Shown: positions 21,033 through 30,752, counted from the first letter of the stretch. The stretch: 64,000 nt of DNA from Chloroflexota bacterium (GCA_028287745.1 JAQBPB010000014.1:39176-103175), one strand, 5' to 3'. A program made the numbers and translations. The notes: generated from the letters alone by a model not told the origin.

Positions 21033-21593
21033 ATGGCTGATTCGAAAACAATTTTGCAAAAATATGTCAGTGACATGTTAGCCCTGGAGTCGCACATCTA
21101 CCAGGCAATTGATAAGCAAGTTAAAGAAAACGCGGATGACCCGGAAATTAGTAGCAAGTTTTCCACTTATGCGAATACCATAAAATCGCACCGGGACGCC
21201 CTGGAATCCCGTCTGAAAGCGCTGGGTGGTGCTGCCAATAGCCCGATAAAAGAAGGCGTCGCCGCGCTTTTCGGTGTAGCGGCCGGGGTAATTGATAAAT
21301 TCCGCTCCGAAGAAGTTTCTAAAAACTTCCGGGACGATTTTACCGCCTTAAGCTTGAGTTTAGTGGCTTACCAGATGTTACATACTACCGCGCTGGGGCT
21401 GGGTGACCGCGAAACGGCCGAACTGGCCGCCGGTAATGTTAAGGACAATGCCCGGTTCGTCCGCGAGATCGAACGGCTGATGCCCAGGATTGTGGTGCGT
21501 GACCTGAAGAAGAACCATGACGAAGCGGCCCCGGCTATTAACGAGGGTGCCGTGAAAGAGACCGAGGACCTGATTACTGAAATTTGGAAGTAA
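21033..21593 (+). CDS. Ferritin-like DUF892/YciE-type stress protein
   Basis: YVSDMLALESHIYQAI, HRDALESRLKALGG and helical ferritin-like spacing; AAGGAG SD. Confidence 0.8.
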   Translation: MADSKTILQKYVSDMLALESHIYQAIDKQVKENADDPEISSKFSTYANTIKSHRDALESRLKALGGAANSPIKEGVAALFGVAAGVIDKFRSEEVSKNFRDDFTALSLSLVAYQMLHTTALGLGDRETAELAAGNVKDNARFVREIERLMPRIVVRDLKKNHDEAAPAINEGAVKETEDLITEIWK

Positions 21594-21624
21594 TCTGCCC
21601 TGTTAACTTTTCCAGGTAATAGAA

Positions 21625-21663
21625 GCTATCGCGGTAATAGGTTTGCCGCGATAGCCTTTTTTT
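21625..21663 (+). terminator. Intrinsic terminator
   Basis: GCTATCGCGG / CCGCGATAGC stem followed by a T run. Confidence 0.85.
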
Positions 21664-21953
21664 GTGTTTTATCCTGATAGTTATTTTGCTGGCTTTATTC
21701 GAAGGCAGGCTTAAAGCTTGGTATAATGTTCGGTAGAGAGGGCGCATCGGGTTCGCCGGTTATAAATAAAACTGATTTTTGGGTTTGAGGCTGCAAGGGA
21801 AACGGCCCGGACAATCCTATTAAACCGAGCTGCTCGAAAAAGTGTACAATAGCGCCGCTCGAATTGTTTTGCAGACGGTTTATCTTTAAACCTGATTTTG
21901 AGGAACTGGCCGGTCGCGTAGTTTGTGCGACCCTAACTATCTGTAGAGAATAC

Positions 21954-22430
21954 ATGGAAAACTTGGACGAAAACCTTCTTGAGATGATTTTAGATTTGGA
22001 TAGCCGGGTGACAAGGCGAATCAGGGCCGGCTGGCCCGGCTCCTGGATGCAGGTCACTTTACCGCCGGGCCACATCCGGGCCTTATTTATTATTGAGGCC
22101 GGTGGGGCCAGGACGCCGCGTGAGGTCGCCAGCCTGTTACAAATAGGCCGGACCTCAGTCACAGGGTTGCTTGACCGCCTGGAAATGGAAGGGCTGTTAA
22201 CACGTTCGATTGACCAGGCCGACAAGCGCAGTTTCATCCTGGATTTAACCGCTAAAGGCAAGGCGATGGTCCAACAGATTGATGACATCCGGCGGCAGCA
22301 GGTCCGCAACGGCCTGGTCTTGATGGGAAAATCGGACCTGGTAGCTCTGAGGACCGGGCTGGCTGCCCTTTCGACAGCCCTATCAAGCCAGACCTTACCC
22401 GTCAACCTGGAAACTGAACCTGAAGACTAG
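21954..22430 (+). CDS. MarR family transcriptional regulator
   Basis: TPREVASLLQIGRTSVTGLLDRLEMEGLLTRSIDQADKRSFILDLT. Start placed at ATG 21954. Confidence 0.9.
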   Translation: MENLDENLLEMILDLDSRVTRRIRAGWPGSWMQVTLPPGHIRALFIIEAGGARTPREVASLLQIGRTSVTGLLDRLEMEGLLTRSIDQADKRSFILDLTAKGKAMVQQIDDIRRQQVRNGLVLMGKSDLVALRTGLAALSTALSSQTLPVNLETEPED

Positions 22431-22807
22431 GGACAGGTTCCCGGTCTTTAAGGGTTGCCCTGGTTTAACTCGATTACTAAAGTTGAGCCTTACCTGCTGT
22501 CCCGTACCTGGAATGTGTAAAATGGGTTATTTCAAAGTAACCCTTTTCAATTCCTCCGGGCGTTGGCCGTAGGGACGCACATTTGCTTAATTTATAAAAC
22601 AGTCATTACCGGCCGGATCATCTCTGTCATTTTTATTTCTTCCCGGATCTGGTTGTATTTATTATATTTCTGGCCCGGTTGCCAATTACTTCAAAACAAT
22701 GCCTGAGAGGAACTGGATTTTGTTGTCGTGGACTGAAAACACGGCGAATTTAAAAGTCCTGTTAATATGGCACTATATTTGTAGCAGCGGGCCTTTAAAG
22801 GTGTTTT

Positions 22808-24871
22808 TTGGCAATAATAAATAGTACCAACCAGCCACCAGGCTTGCGCGGCAAGTTCCGGAAATTTTCGTATGCTCCACGCCCGGTTGACCTTTTGTGG
22901 TTGCTTCTTTTCCTCATACTACTGCCAGAAGTAATCCGGTTCTTTATTCATTCCTGGCAGGTTTTAACCTGGGAATGGCAGATTGATTTCGATGAGGGGT
23001 TTAACCTGGATGCCAGTTGGAAGCTGGCTAATGGCGTTAATATTTACGGCCAGGCCCAACCCGATCAATTTATTGCTGCGCCCTATCCGCCTGTCTACTA
23101 TATCCTGTGCGCCGCGTTCCAGAAGGTATTTGGTTACGGAATGCTGGGCGGCCGCCTGATTTCATTTGTCTCTTCCCTGGCGATTGGCCTATTTATTTTT
23201 CTCTTTGCCCGCCGCTTATCGCTAACCTATTTCAAGCTGGGCCGGGTAGACGCTTTTCTGGCCGGGTTGCTGGGGCTGTTTACCTGGTTGTCGCTGAATG
23301 TGACCCTGGTCTGGGGCACCTTTTTTAAACAGGATATGCTGGCTATGGCCCTGGCTATCGCCGGACTGTGGTTTACCTGGCGCTGGGTTGACCAGGAAAT
23401 AGGACGCTGGTCCATGCTGCTAGCGGCCGGGCTGTTGACGCTGGGTTTTTATACCAAACAAAACGAATTGGCGGCCCTGGGGGTTGGCTGGCTATATGTC
23501 GTCCTTAAAGACTGGCGGCGGGGCTTAAAATTTGGCATAACCCTGGCGGTTATGCTGGCGGTGCCTTTCCTGGTCCTTGACCTGTTAACAAAACACCGCT
23601 TTTATTTTGATGTTTTCGTGGCCCAACAGGTTCCCTGGATCCTTGATGATTTCCTGCGGCGGTTGACCACCCGGATTTTGCCCGATCACCTGCTGCTGAT
23701 TGTCCTGGCCCTGGTCTTTAGCCTGCTGGCTCTTAATGGGCTGGTCCGGAAATGGGCCAAACGCGAATGGCATGCCCCTCACATGGTGTTGATCTGGCTG
23801 GCAGGCGGCACTTTTACCCTGATAACGGTCGGTTCTTACCAGAGCGGCTACAACCACGCCCTGAACTTTTTCCCGCCCGTAGTTGTAGGGGCGGCCGGGG
23901 TTATGGCCTGGTTAATCAGCCTGGCCGGCCGGGCCGGACAGGGCCAAAGGCAACTGGCTTTCGGCCTGGCGGCCCTGGCGGTAGCGGGCGGGCTGGCCTG
24001 GCAGTTTTATCATTATGCCGATAGCAACCTGTATTACTCGGCCGGAAATATGCCCTCACAGGTCCGCCGCGAAATGCTGGAAGGGCTGGTCAAGCAGGTT
24101 GGACAGGCCCCCGGCGATATTTTATCGGAAGACATTTACCTTCAACTTAAAACCGGCCGCCCGGTAATTTATGACGACCTGTATCATATGGCCCTGCAAG
24201 CCGAAGCCGGGCAGTGGGATGAAAGCCGCTTTGTAGCGGATTTAAAAGCCCGGCGCTTCAGTGTCATTTTGCTGGGTCAGGGTTCCCGCCGCTTTACCGA
24301 TACGGGCTGGGAAGCTTTGAACGCCAACTACCGCCTGATTTTCCCGGACGGTATCGCCTTATGGCGGCCCCGCCCGCAACCTCTCTTGCCGCAGCACCAG
24401 GTGGATTGTGAGGTCGGAAATACGTTTGCCTTCAAAGGAGTTAGCTATGGCCGTCCGGGGAATGACAGGGACTTAAACCTGACTACTTACTGGCAGGCCC
24501 AGGCTAAAGCGGCTGAGAATTATACTTTCTTTGTCCACCTTTTGGACCCTTCCGGTAAAGTGGTGGCCCAGCGTGACGCGCCGCCGAGCGGGTGGCGGAT
24601 TGCCAACCCCCAGGCTCTTATCAAAGAAATGCAGGATTTACCGCAGACCCAGGAACAGCCGCTTCCGGCTACCACGTGGGCCAGCGGAGATAGTATGCTG
24701 ATTAATCAGACCTTGCCGCTACCGGCCGGGACAAAGCTGACGGGGGATTACCGCCTGATTGTGGGAGCTTATAGTCTGAAGAGTAACGGCGAGCTGAATT
24801 CATTAGCGGTTAGTTGTGCCACGCCCGGTGCCGCCAGCGAGAACGTTATCAATTTGCCGCCGCCACGTTAA
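22808..24871 (+). CDS. Multi-TM GT-C (ArnT/PMT-like) glycosyltransferase-type membrane protein with a C-terminal extracellular domain
   Basis: DFDEG in the first loop, YPPVYY, GRLISF, KQDMLA, YTKQN and a C-terminal NYTFFVHLLD...QRDAPP domain. Confidence 0.75.
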   Translation: MAIINSTNQPPGLRGKFRKFSYAPRPVDLLWLLLFLILLPEVIRFFIHSWQVLTWEWQIDFDEGFNLDASWKLANGVNIYGQAQPDQFIAAPYPPVYYILCAAFQKVFGYGMLGGRLISFVSSLAIGLFIFLFARRLSLTYFKLGRVDAFLAGLLGLFTWLSLNVTLVWGTFFKQDMLAMALAIAGLWFTWRWVDQEIGRWSMLLAAGLLTLGFYTKQNELAALGVGWLYVVLKDWRRGLKFGITLAVMLAVPFLVLDLLTKHRFYFDVFVAQQVPWILDDFLRRLTTRILPDHLLLIVLALVFSLLALNGLVRKWAKREWHAPHMVLIWLAGGTFTLITVGSYQSGYNHALNFFPPVVVGAAGVMAWLISLAGRAGQGQRQLAFGLAALAVAGGLAWQFYHYADSNLYYSAGNMPSQVRREMLEGLVKQVGQAPGDILSEDIYLQLKTGRPVIYDDLYHMALQAEAGQWDESRFVADLKARRFSVILLGQGSRRFTDTGWEALNANYRLIFPDGIALWRPRPQPLLPQHQVDCEVGNTFAFKGVSYGRPGNDRDLNLTTYWQAQAKAAENYTFFVHLLDPSGKVVAQRDAPPSGWRIANPQALIKEMQDLPQTQEQPLPATTWASGDSMLINQTLPLPAGTKLTGDYRLIVGAYSLKSNGELNSLAVSCATPGAASENVINLPPPR

Positions 24872-24920
24872 GTTCTGGCGTCTGGCTGGGCACCCAAAAA
24901 TTATAAATTCAGCCTGGTGC

Positions 24921-25187
24921 TTAAAACAAACCAAAACTAAGGCAGGCCAGGACCAGTAAAACCAGCCCAACCGCGAATAGCGCCAGGGCCAGGCGGCGCT
25001 GCAAGCCGCTGCTCCGCACCAACCGGCCATGGTCGGTATGGGCCGCGATACCCCTGGCGAAAACTTCGGCTTTTCCGGCGGGGTTAAACCCGGCTACCTG
25101 CTTTAACCACCAGGCCCGGCGGCAGTAGACGTACGCGCCAATTTCGCTGGCCCGGATAACCGGTTTCTTAGCTCTGGGTTTGCTCAT
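24921..25187 (-). CDS. Small protein with a Cas4/AddB-like N-terminal motif and a C-terminal TM helix
   Basis: IRASEIGAYVYCRRAWWL...RGIAAH followed by a hydrophobic C-terminus. Confidence 0.75.
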   Translation of the reverse strand: MSKPRAKKPVIRASEIGAYVYCRRAWWLKQVAGFNPAGKAEVFARGIAAHTDHGRLVRSSGLQRRLALALFAVGLVLLVLACLSFGLF

Positions 25188-25209
25188 AAATTTTCTCTGG
25201 AAGACTAAA

Positions 25210-25626
25210 TTACCGGAGGGAACGGCTGGAGCCCAGCCGGAAGCCCTGGACCGCTAACTGGCGCAGGTGCAAAAGGCCCAGGTGGGTCATACCTTCGGTT
25301 TCAGTATGCAATACCGCTCGCTGTAAGTAAATATCCTGTAAGTCTTCTTCGCCCAGGGAAGGGGTCTCGCGGGGATTTTCGAGATTAAAAGATAGACCGG
25401 CAAAGTTATCAAAAACATTGATCAATGCGCCGACAACCGTCCTTTCGGTTTCACCGGTAAAAGGTCCGGTGCGCTGGAGCCTTTCCGAAAGGAGCCGGTA
25501 ATAAGTTCTAGCCGGTATCAATTCGCCTTCGATTATTCGCCCGCCAATCAGGAGTGTACAGTTAATCTCCAGCTCCATTTGCGGCAGGTTATTGATCAGG
25601 TTGATCAGAAATTCAAGTTCGCGCAT
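25210..25626 (-). CDS. GvpU-like protein (stand-alone)
   Basis: Pattern [I/C]TLLIGGRIIEGELIPARTYY...IYL..A...VQGFRLG resembles GvpU. An alternative TTG start lies at 25641. Confidence 0.6.
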   Translation of the reverse strand: MRELEFLINLINNLPQMELEINCTLLIGGRIIEGELIPARTYYRLLSERLQRTGPFTGETERTVVGALINVFDNFAGLSFNLENPRETPSLGEEDLQDIYLQRAVLHTETEGMTHLGLLHLRQLAVQGFRLGSSRSLR

Positions 25627-25662
25627 TTTAACCAGGCACAATCTTCTCTAAAGCAATAAACT

Positions 25663-25702
25663 GAAAAACCCCGCTGACCTGACGGCCGACGGGGCTTTTT
25701 TC
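25663..25702 (-). terminator. Intrinsic terminator or attenuator hairpin
   Basis: Minus strand AGCCCCG...CGGGGTT followed by TTT; G-U pairs form only on the minus strand. Confidence 0.75.
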
Positions 25703-25776
25703 ATATGGACTTTTAATCCCCTTTCAACTAATCACAAATGAAACTTGCATTTCATAATAATCAACTTAAAAGGATC

Positions 25777-25833
25777 TTATCTATCCACCTGATATCTCAT
25801 TAAGTAAACGTGCAGTTTGACGTTTGGAAACAT
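25777..25833 (-). CDS. Unannotated 18-aa small ORF (MFPNVKLHVYLMRYQVDR)
   Basis: Strong SD AGGAAGGGAGG about 9 nt before the ATG, with its own promoter and terminator. Confidence 0.55.
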   Translation of the reverse strand: MFPNVKLHVYLMRYQVDR

Positions 25834-25901
25834 TACTGTTGTCCTCCCTTCCTGCTTTTGCTTTTTGAGGTACATTTGGCTTGCGCCTTTGGTACGTAAT
25901 C

Positions 25902-25930
25902 ATACTAGCATAGAAAATCGATTCCGTCAA
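25902..25930 (-). promoter_or_regulatory. Sigma70-type promoter
   Basis: TTGACG-N17-TAGTAT with a TGn extension on the minus strand. Confidence 0.7.
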
Positions 25931-26141
25931 CCCCTTTCAGCCCCTAGATATGACTTTTTAATATACATTTAATGTTAGGCTAACTATATTAATAATAGGC
26001 ATTTATAATAGTCATTATACTACTTCCCACCCAGGCGGAGCTTCTAAAGGTCTGTTATTTGCTTCATTACAAGGTATCTTTTGCCGGACGGAATAGCCGG
26101 GCTGGAATAAGGACCGGTCAGGCCCGGGGAACAGGAAAATA

Positions 26142-27704
26142 ATGAGCCGCAAAGCAATAATAGTCGGGGCGGGCCATAACGGCCTGGTGGCGGCCTGCTA
26201 CCTGGCAAAAGCCGGGTGCCAGGTTGAAGTTCTGGAGGCCGGGGACAGGCCCGGCGGCGGCGCTCGCACGGACGAACGGCTGCCGGGTTACCGCTTTGAT
26301 ATGCACTCGGTTGCCCATAATATTATTAATATGACCAGCATACCCCGCGAACTTGATTTAAAAGGGGCCGGGCTATCCTACCATCAAATGGACCCTTTTA
26401 TGGTCGCCGTCCGGGCCGATGGCAAAAGAGTCCGCTTCTACCGTTCGCTGGAAAAGACCCTCGAGTCAATCGCCGGGTACGACCCGGAAGAAGCCGAAAC
26501 TTACGCCCAGTTTATGCGGCTTGCCATGCCCCTGGTGAAACTGGTCATGCCCGCTATCCGGGGCGACACCAATCCTTTCAAAGCCTACCCGCCGTTAATC
26601 CCCGAGCTGATCAAAGCACTGCGGCTGGAAGGCGGGCCGTTAAACCTGGCCCGTGACCTGTTGAGCCCCTATGAATCCTTACTCAAGCGGCGGCTCAAGA
26701 GCGACCTGACACGCGGGCCGGTCAGCGCCTACGCGGCCCACGGCAGCCTCGGTCCCAATGTGCCGGGCGCGGCCTTTTTCACTTTCTGGCAGGCCGCTTT
26801 TCATCTTTACGGGCAGTGGCACGCCATCGGCGGCTCGGAAGCCCTGGTAAAAGCACTCGTGTGCCGCCTCGAAACGCTTGGCGGCAAAGTCCGCTGCCAG
26901 GCCCCGGTGGCCCGAATTGAACACCGCGCCGGGCAGGTCCGAGCGGTCGTCCTGGAAAACGGCGAGCGGTTGGAAACTGCGGCGGTAATAACGGCCATGC
27001 ACCCCCGGACGGCCTTACTTGACTTGTTGGAACCACCCTTAACCGGCAAAATCGTGAAAGAAGTGGCGGCCTTGCGCACTTCCAACGTGGTCCAGGGGTT
27101 GGTCCATGTCGCGGTGGACCGCCTGCCGCCTTACCCCGATATCCGGCCGGAAGATTACCTGGGAATGCAAAGTTTTGTTGATAACCTGGATGAGATGACC
27201 CAGGGTTTTATCCAGGCTGAGGCCGGTTACCTGCCGGACCCTTTGCCGCTCTACGCTTTCACAAACTCCTCCTCCGACCCCAGCCTGACCGATACGCCCG
27301 GCCATCACACCGTCTACCTGGCCTGCCCTTCAACCCCGGCCCGCCTGAAAAAAGGCGGCCTGGCCGGGTGGGACGGCCCGCTTAAAGAGGTCTTCCTGGA
27401 GCAGAGTTTAGCGGGTCTGGAAGCCCGCGCCCCTGGCTTCCGGGACACTATCCGGGGCGCGGCGGCTTTCACTCCTCTTGAGATGGAAAAATTAAGCCGC
27501 TGGCCGCTCGGCCACCCGATGTACCTGGACCTGAGCCTGGACCAGCTTGGTTTATTCCGGCCCACCCGCAGCCTGGCAAACCACCGTACCCCCGTAGCAG
27601 GGCTTTATCTTTCCGGCGCTGGGACTGCCCCGGTCGGCGGAATCGCCGGGACTCCCGGCAAAAAAGCGGCTATGGCCCTTTTGAAAGATTGGAAGATAAT
27701 TTAG
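26142..27704 (+). CDS. Phytoene-desaturase-like FAD oxidoreductase (COG1233 type)
   Basis: IIVGAGHNGLVAACYLAKAG, GGSEAL and TPVAGLYLSGAGTAPVGGI. Confidence 0.88.
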   Translation: MSRKAIIVGAGHNGLVAACYLAKAGCQVEVLEAGDRPGGGARTDERLPGYRFDMHSVAHNIINMTSIPRELDLKGAGLSYHQMDPFMVAVRADGKRVRFYRSLEKTLESIAGYDPEEAETYAQFMRLAMPLVKLVMPAIRGDTNPFKAYPPLIPELIKALRLEGGPLNLARDLLSPYESLLKRRLKSDLTRGPVSAYAAHGSLGPNVPGAAFFTFWQAAFHLYGQWHAIGGSEALVKALVCRLETLGGKVRCQAPVARIEHRAGQVRAVVLENGERLETAAVITAMHPRTALLDLLEPPLTGKIVKEVAALRTSNVVQGLVHVAVDRLPPYPDIRPEDYLGMQSFVDNLDEMTQGFIQAEAGYLPDPLPLYAFTNSSSDPSLTDTPGHHTVYLACPSTPARLKKGGLAGWDGPLKEVFLEQSLAGLEARAPGFRDTIRGAAAFTPLEMEKLSRWPLGHPMYLDLSLDQLGLFRPTRSLANHRTPVAGLYLSGAGTAPVGGIAGTPGKKAAMALLKDWKII

Positions 27705-29698
27705 AAGTGGAAGCCCAACAGGTTCCAGTAAAGCAGGAAAACTACGAATACCAGTGCGGTCAGCGTTAGCAGGGTGTAATAAAGGCGGCCCCAGGCGGTC
27801 CAATAGCGGTTTTTCCAGGCCAGGGCGGTCCCGGCCACTAATACAGGGGTTAGCAGGGTGGTTATAAGCGGCAGGCAGAGTAGCGGCAGCAGCACCACCG
27901 GCACGCCGTACATAAAATCATCCCGGTAGGCCACAATTGTAATACCCAGGCCGCTCAAGAATACCAGGCTCAGGATGGAATAGACCAGCGAAATGCGCCA
28001 GAGCAGGTGGGGAGTATCCGGAATCTTGGTCTTGAATTTATCCGCCTGGCTGCCTTTTTTTAGGTTGGTGGCGGCCCAGACCAGCGGCCCGAGGGTGAAA
28101 ATCAGGGCAATGCCACCGGCCAGCATTATCTGGAAAAAACCCTGCTCGTACCAATCCAATTTCTGGTAATCGTTCAGGCCGACGAACATATTGGTGACGT
28201 TTCCCAGCCCATCCTGCTCGAAATACAGGTATTCATTGCTAAAGGCGTTGCCCTCGACCAGCCTGAAAAGCTGCGGTTCGATTTCAACCCAGTGGCTGGG
28301 ACGGTACAACTGGCTGTCCGTGGGTAACATTATTGTTCCATCCGGGTTAGCAATTACCCGGCCCTGGACTGTGACCGCAAAAAGTTTTTCCAGGGAAGTA
28401 CGATTATAACGGCTGGACCGGTAAACCCCGGCAAACCGGGCCACATCTTCGGTTCTGGTAGCAATCGCCGCCGGTGGTTTAACCGGCGTGGCCGGTGGGA
28501 AATAGCGGTCGATGAATTCCTGGGCCAGCTTTTCGCGGGGCATATTAATATCCCGGTTGTAAGAGACAAAGAAGCCCACCTGCTTGTCCGGGATTAAAAG
28601 CAGCAGGCTGGCAAAGCCCGGCCAGTTGCCCTCGTGGTAGAGCGCCCGGATACCGTTGTGAAAATATTCATCAAAGCCGTAAGTAATCCCGTTTAAGGCC
28701 GGGTGATGGGTGTACTGGCGGGTTTGCAGTTCCTGGACCGTTTTCGGCTGTAATATCTGCTTATTCTCATAGCGGCCCGCTTGCAACTGGGCCAGCATAA
28801 AATGGGCAATATCGTTGGCGGAAGCGTTCAAAGCCCCGGCCGGGGCGATTTGCTGGTAATCGAAGGGCAGCGGTTGCAGGCTGTTCCAGGCGTACTTGTA
28901 GCCGGTGGCCCGGGAGGCCGCCTGCTCCTGGGAAGTTGTAAAACTGCTGTAACGCATATCCAGCGGCTGCAAGATGTTCGTCTGGACATAATCTTCAAAA
29001 GGTTTGCCCGTAATGGTTTCAACCAGGTGTCCGGCCAGGGCATACCCGTGGTTGGAATAAGTGTAGCTTTCTTGCTGACCGGGCGGTTCGACCAGGGCTG
29101 GTAGCCGACGTTTCAGATATTCGCCAAGCGGCAACACGTCCTCCGGGTTCCGGGTGGCAATACCGATTTCCTGTTCTTCAAACCCGGCGGTATGGGTTAA
29201 AAGGTTAGCGATAGTTACCGGGCGGCCAAAATTATTGGTCAGCTTGAAATCCGGCAGGTAGCGATTTACATCATCTTGCAGGTTCAGCTTGCCCTGTTCG
29301 GCCAGTTGCATAATGGCGGTAGCGACAAATAATTTGGAAATCGACCCCACTCGGAAAAGGGTCTGCTCCGGTGAAATTGGGTGGGTCCGGGCGGTGGTCG
29401 TAAAGCCGTAACCCTTGCTGAAAGAAAGCTGCCCATCTTTAACCAGGGAAAAGGTCGCCCCGGTCAGGTGGTAGCGGGCCATCTGGTCAGCGAAAAAGTT
29501 ATCCAGGTAAGTTTCCAAAGCGGCCCGGTTAGAAAGGTCAGCCGGGGCGTCATCTTCTGAGGCCCTGAACTGGGCCGCCGGTGACGCGTAGGGAATAGAC
29601 CCGGCCCTGGCACTATCTTTCAGACCCACCAGGCCGGGCAGGAGCATGCAGATCAGTATAACTAATGACCACAGTCGATTTTTCGGAAATGTCCCCAT
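27701..29698 (-). CDS. Serine hydrolase (beta-lactamase/AmpC family) with a signal peptide and C-terminal TM helices
   Basis: FRVGSISK (SxxK), LLTHTAGF, YSNHGY (YxN), HEG and 3 C-terminal TMs. Confidence 0.9.
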   Translation of the reverse strand: MGTFPKNRLWSLVILICMLLPGLVGLKDSARAGSIPYASPAAQFRASEDDAPADLSNRAALETYLDNFFADQMARYHLTGATFSLVKDGQLSFSKGYGFTTTARTHPISPEQTLFRVGSISKLFVATAIMQLAEQGKLNLQDDVNRYLPDFKLTNNFGRPVTIANLLTHTAGFEEQEIGIATRNPEDVLPLGEYLKRRLPALVEPPGQQESYTYSNHGYALAGHLVETITGKPFEDYVQTNILQPLDMRYSSFTTSQEQAASRATGYKYAWNSLQPLPFDYQQIAPAGALNASANDIAHFMLAQLQAGRYENKQILQPKTVQELQTRQYTHHPALNGITYGFDEYFHNGIRALYHEGNWPGFASLLLLIPDKQVGFFVSYNRDINMPREKLAQEFIDRYFPPATPVKPPAAIATRTEDVARFAGVYRSSRYNRTSLEKLFAVTVQGRVIANPDGTIMLPTDSQLYRPSHWVEIEPQLFRLVEGNAFSNEYLYFEQDGLGNVTNMFVGLNDYQKLDWYEQGFFQIMLAGGIALIFTLGPLVWAATNLKKGSQADKFKTKIPDTPHLLWRISLVYSILSLVFLSGLGITIVAYRDDFMYGVPVVLLPLLCLPLITTLLTPVLVAGTALAWKNRYWTAWGRLYYTLLTLTALVFVVFLLYWNLLGFHF

Positions 29699-29996
29699 TC
29701 ATTGATCCATTAACCATGTTTTATGAAACACTAACCCGTGACGGCTTATATGTCATCTAGGATAATAGAAGTGGGGGTCCCTGGCAAGTCTAATCAATAA
29801 AAGGCCCCTTTTTGGAGAAGCCCGCAAGTCTTTGGAGGTTCAAGAAAGGGTGTTGGAGTAACTTTCACAAAGAATTTTGTATAAATTTGATTAGTAGCTA
29901 ATTAGCGTTATAATGCTACTATTACATTGTACTCAAGCCGTTTGTGAAAACCTAAACCGCCAAATTTAGCCAACTGAACTACTCAGGAGTAGCGTT

Positions 29997-30752
29997 ATGA
30001 CTCAAATGCAGCCGCCGTTAACCCTTTCACTTATCACTTCGCTACTTTCATTTCCCCAGCCGCCCTCTTTCCCACGGCCGCCCTCCTTGCCGCAACCTCC
30101 TTCGCTACCTCAAGTACCACAGGTACCGACGGTCCACGGTCCGACTTTCCAGGGGCCGACCTTTCAGGGGCCATCCTTAAATGGCACAACCTTGCAGGGC
30201 CCCTCGATGCAAGGCCCCTCTTTCCAGGGGCCTTCAATGCAGGGTGGCCCATCTATGCCGCCTTCGTCTAACGGGACCAGGTCAGGGGAAAGAGCCGGTT
30301 TCTGGTTGGGCGTGCTTATTTTCGTGTGGTCGCTGGCTTTTATCGCGATCATTGTCTTACTCTTATATATAGCCGGTATAAACCCCTTAAACTTCCAAAA
30401 ATATAAGTCGCAGGCGGTCCTGGAAGCTTTTACCGGTGCCGGGCTGGAAGTCTCACGACCGGCCGGTTTTGGCTCTACCAACGGTTTTGGTAACCAGGTG
30501 GTCCCATTTACCTACCAGGACGGGTTTAATTTTGCTATCCCCGGCTCCGGTGCTAACGCCACCGGCAATATAACCAGTTTTAGTACAGGGTCCGAACTCG
30601 ATAAAGCTAAAATTTACCTGGCAAACCTGGCCAATGCCGGTACAACTTCTTACCGGGTATTTACCAGGGATAATATTTTGATCTACCTGACCAACGTGAC
30701 GTCCGAAGTTAAAGCCAAACAATATGAGGCCGTCCTGCTCAGTTTGAAATAG
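29997..30752 (+). CDS. Single-pass membrane protein with Pro-rich and pentapeptide repeats
   Basis: AGGAG SD, GP[ST][FLM]Q repeats and a TM segment at about residues 101-127. Confidence 0.75.
   Translation: MTQMQPPLTLSLITSLLSFPQPPSFPRPPSLPQPPSLPQVPQVPTVHGPTFQGPTFQGPSLNGTTLQGPSMQGPSFQGPSMQGGPSMPPSSNGTRSGERAGFWLGVLIFVWSLAFIAIIVLLLYIAGINPLNFQKYKSQAVLEAFTGAGLEVSRPAGFGSTNGFGNQVVPFTYQDGFNFAIPGSGANATGNITSFSTGSELDKAKIYLANLANAGTTSYRVFTRDNILIYLTNVTSEVKAKQYEAVLLSLK

Noticed and set aside
21695-22405. 236-aa minus-strand ORF
   Set aside because: Antisense shadow of the MarR gene, with no SD or motif.
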